Position numbers and translations under genes: made by a program. Of a stretch of DNA of 41,228 nucleotides, positions 40,651 through 41,228 are shown one piece after another. The DNA is taken from the NCBI GenBank assembly GCA_964497785.1, contig CAZCEX010000001.1, forward strand, positions 1 to 41,228, read 5' to 3'. How positions within the stretch are numbered: position 1 is the first letter of the stretch; each line of letters starts with the position of its first letter. Origin of the DNA: an uncultured Thermoanaerobaculia bacterium. Its GTDB lineage: Bacteria; Acidobacteriota; Thermoanaerobaculia; Thermoanaerobaculales; Sulfomarinibacteraceae. The notes below the pieces were generated by a model. The model ran no database searches. It was not told where the DNA came from and saw only the letters and a list, made by a program, of their open reading frames with translations.

Positions 40651-41228
40651 ATGTCTTCTGGAGATCATCATTTCCCCTGCCCGGTAACCACCATGATCAC
40701 TCGCCGTGTGCGTCCCGGTTGCGAAGCCGCATACGAGAGGTGGACCCACAGCATCGGCGAAGCCGCCATCAAATATCCCGGGCACCAGGGCGTGACGGTA
40801 CTCGGACCACACGGCGTTCCACCCGTTTCCTTCACGGTCATCTTCACTTTCGACACCTCCGAGAACCTCAGGCGCTGGATGACGTCGGTAGACCGTCGGG
40901 AATGGCTCGCCGAAGGTGAACCTTTGACTCTCGACGATACCGACGTGCAGACCCTGACCGGTCTCGAACGCTGGTTCACGCTGCCGAACCGGGCGATCAA
41001 TCAACCGCCGCCACGCTACAAGATGGCTCTGCTCACGGCCCTCGGCGTGTACCCGATGCTGGTGCTCCTGGGCTACGCCCTCAACCCGCTCATCGGCAGC
41101 TGGCCGATGCCGCTGCGCATGCTGATATCTCTCTCCATCGGCATTCCGCTGATGACCTGGCACATCATGCCAATGTTGTCGAGGGTCTTCTTCAACTGGC
41201 TGTACCCCGAACCGAAACGGGAGTCGGA
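40651..41228 (+). CDS. Antibiotic-biosynthesis-monooxygenase (ABM/Dabb)-like domain protein with C-terminal membrane segment; 3' end runs off the window
   Basis: Not in the ORF track because it has no stop inside the window. AAGGAG RBS plus ATG 40651. MSSGDHHFPCPVTTMITRRVRPGCEAAYERWTHSIGEAAIKYPGHQGVTVLGP...FTVIFTFDTSENLRRWMTSVDRREWLAEGEPL...TGLERWFTLP...PPRYKMALLTALGVYPMLVLLGY... matches the COG3224-type pattern I recall. Confidence 0.65.
   Translation, partial: MSSGDHHFPCPVTTMITRRVRPGCEAAYERWTHSIGEAAIKYPGHQGVTVLGPHGVPPVSFTVIFTFDTSENLRRWMTSVDRREWLAEGEPLTLDDTDVQTLTGLERWFTLPNRAINQPPPRYKMALLTALGVYPMLVLLGYALNPLIGSWPMPLRMLISLSIGIPLMTWHIMPMLSRVFFNWLYPEPKRES

Noticed and set aside
40087-41163. 358-aa minus-strand ORF spanning the DUF302 end, the Fic remnant and the ABM-like gene
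   Set aside because: Arg/His/Gly-rich low-complexity product. The plus strand holds three independently recognisable coding segments, two of them with AGGAGG/AAGGAG RBSs.
1-41228. Searched by eye for CRISPR arrays, tRNA/rRNA genes, IS elements, integrases, phage genes or classical defence systems (RM, TA, CBASS-like)
   Set aside because: None seen. There are no regularly spaced direct repeats, no transposase or recombinase motifs, and the only toxin-related sequence is the truncated Fic remnant. The window looks like core or shell chromosome rather than a mobile island.

Overview
Visibly GC-rich chromosomal segment from a diderm (Gram-negative) bacterium. TonB-dependent receptors, a TolC-family factor and beta-barrel outer-membrane proteins are present. 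My phylum guess (Acidobacteriota/Gemmatimonadota-like environmental lineage) is low confidence. I call about 27 protein genes, 1 cobalamin riboswitch, 1 gene remnant and several repeat or hairpin elements. I found no tRNA/rRNA, CRISPR array, transposase, integrase or phage genes. The content is dominated by secreted and envelope functions:
- M1 and M3 metallopeptidases, an S8 subtilase and a purple-acid-phosphatase-like esterase.
- A BNR beta-propeller protein, a parallel beta-helix protein and two TonB-dependent receptors, one of them a B12-riboswitch-controlled BtuB-like gene.
- A six-gene, translationally coupled CusCBA-type Cu(I)/Ag(I) efflux operon.
- A large periplasmic-sensor diguanylate cyclase, a hybrid histidine kinase and a SecA-family ATPase.

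Observations most worth follow-up:
1. Five unrelated signal-peptide-bearing proteins all end in the same short tail, [IL]F-x-D-x-FE-x-G-x-x-x-x-W, with no transmembrane segment after it. I cannot assign it to any named sorting signal.
2. The SecA-family gene has complete motor motifs but ends in a predicted transmembrane helix plus a basic tail. It sits 20 bp downstream of the hybrid histidine kinase.
3. The cus operon has no cusF or cusRS in the window. It carries three uncharacterised secreted accessory ORFs instead: a Cys/His-rich one upstream, then a Met/Gly/His-rich one and a 261-aa one downstream.
4. An Ala-rich lipoprotein built from repeats that each carry one Cys.
5. A CGCAAAG-based REP-like inverted-repeat family at two convergent gene junctions.
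6. A 570-bp non-coding gap with two ATTGTG/CACAAT hairpins.

Many long ORFs in the supplied track are antisense or alternate-frame artefacts of the high GC content and were rejected. All functional calls rest on motifs read by eye; no searches were run.
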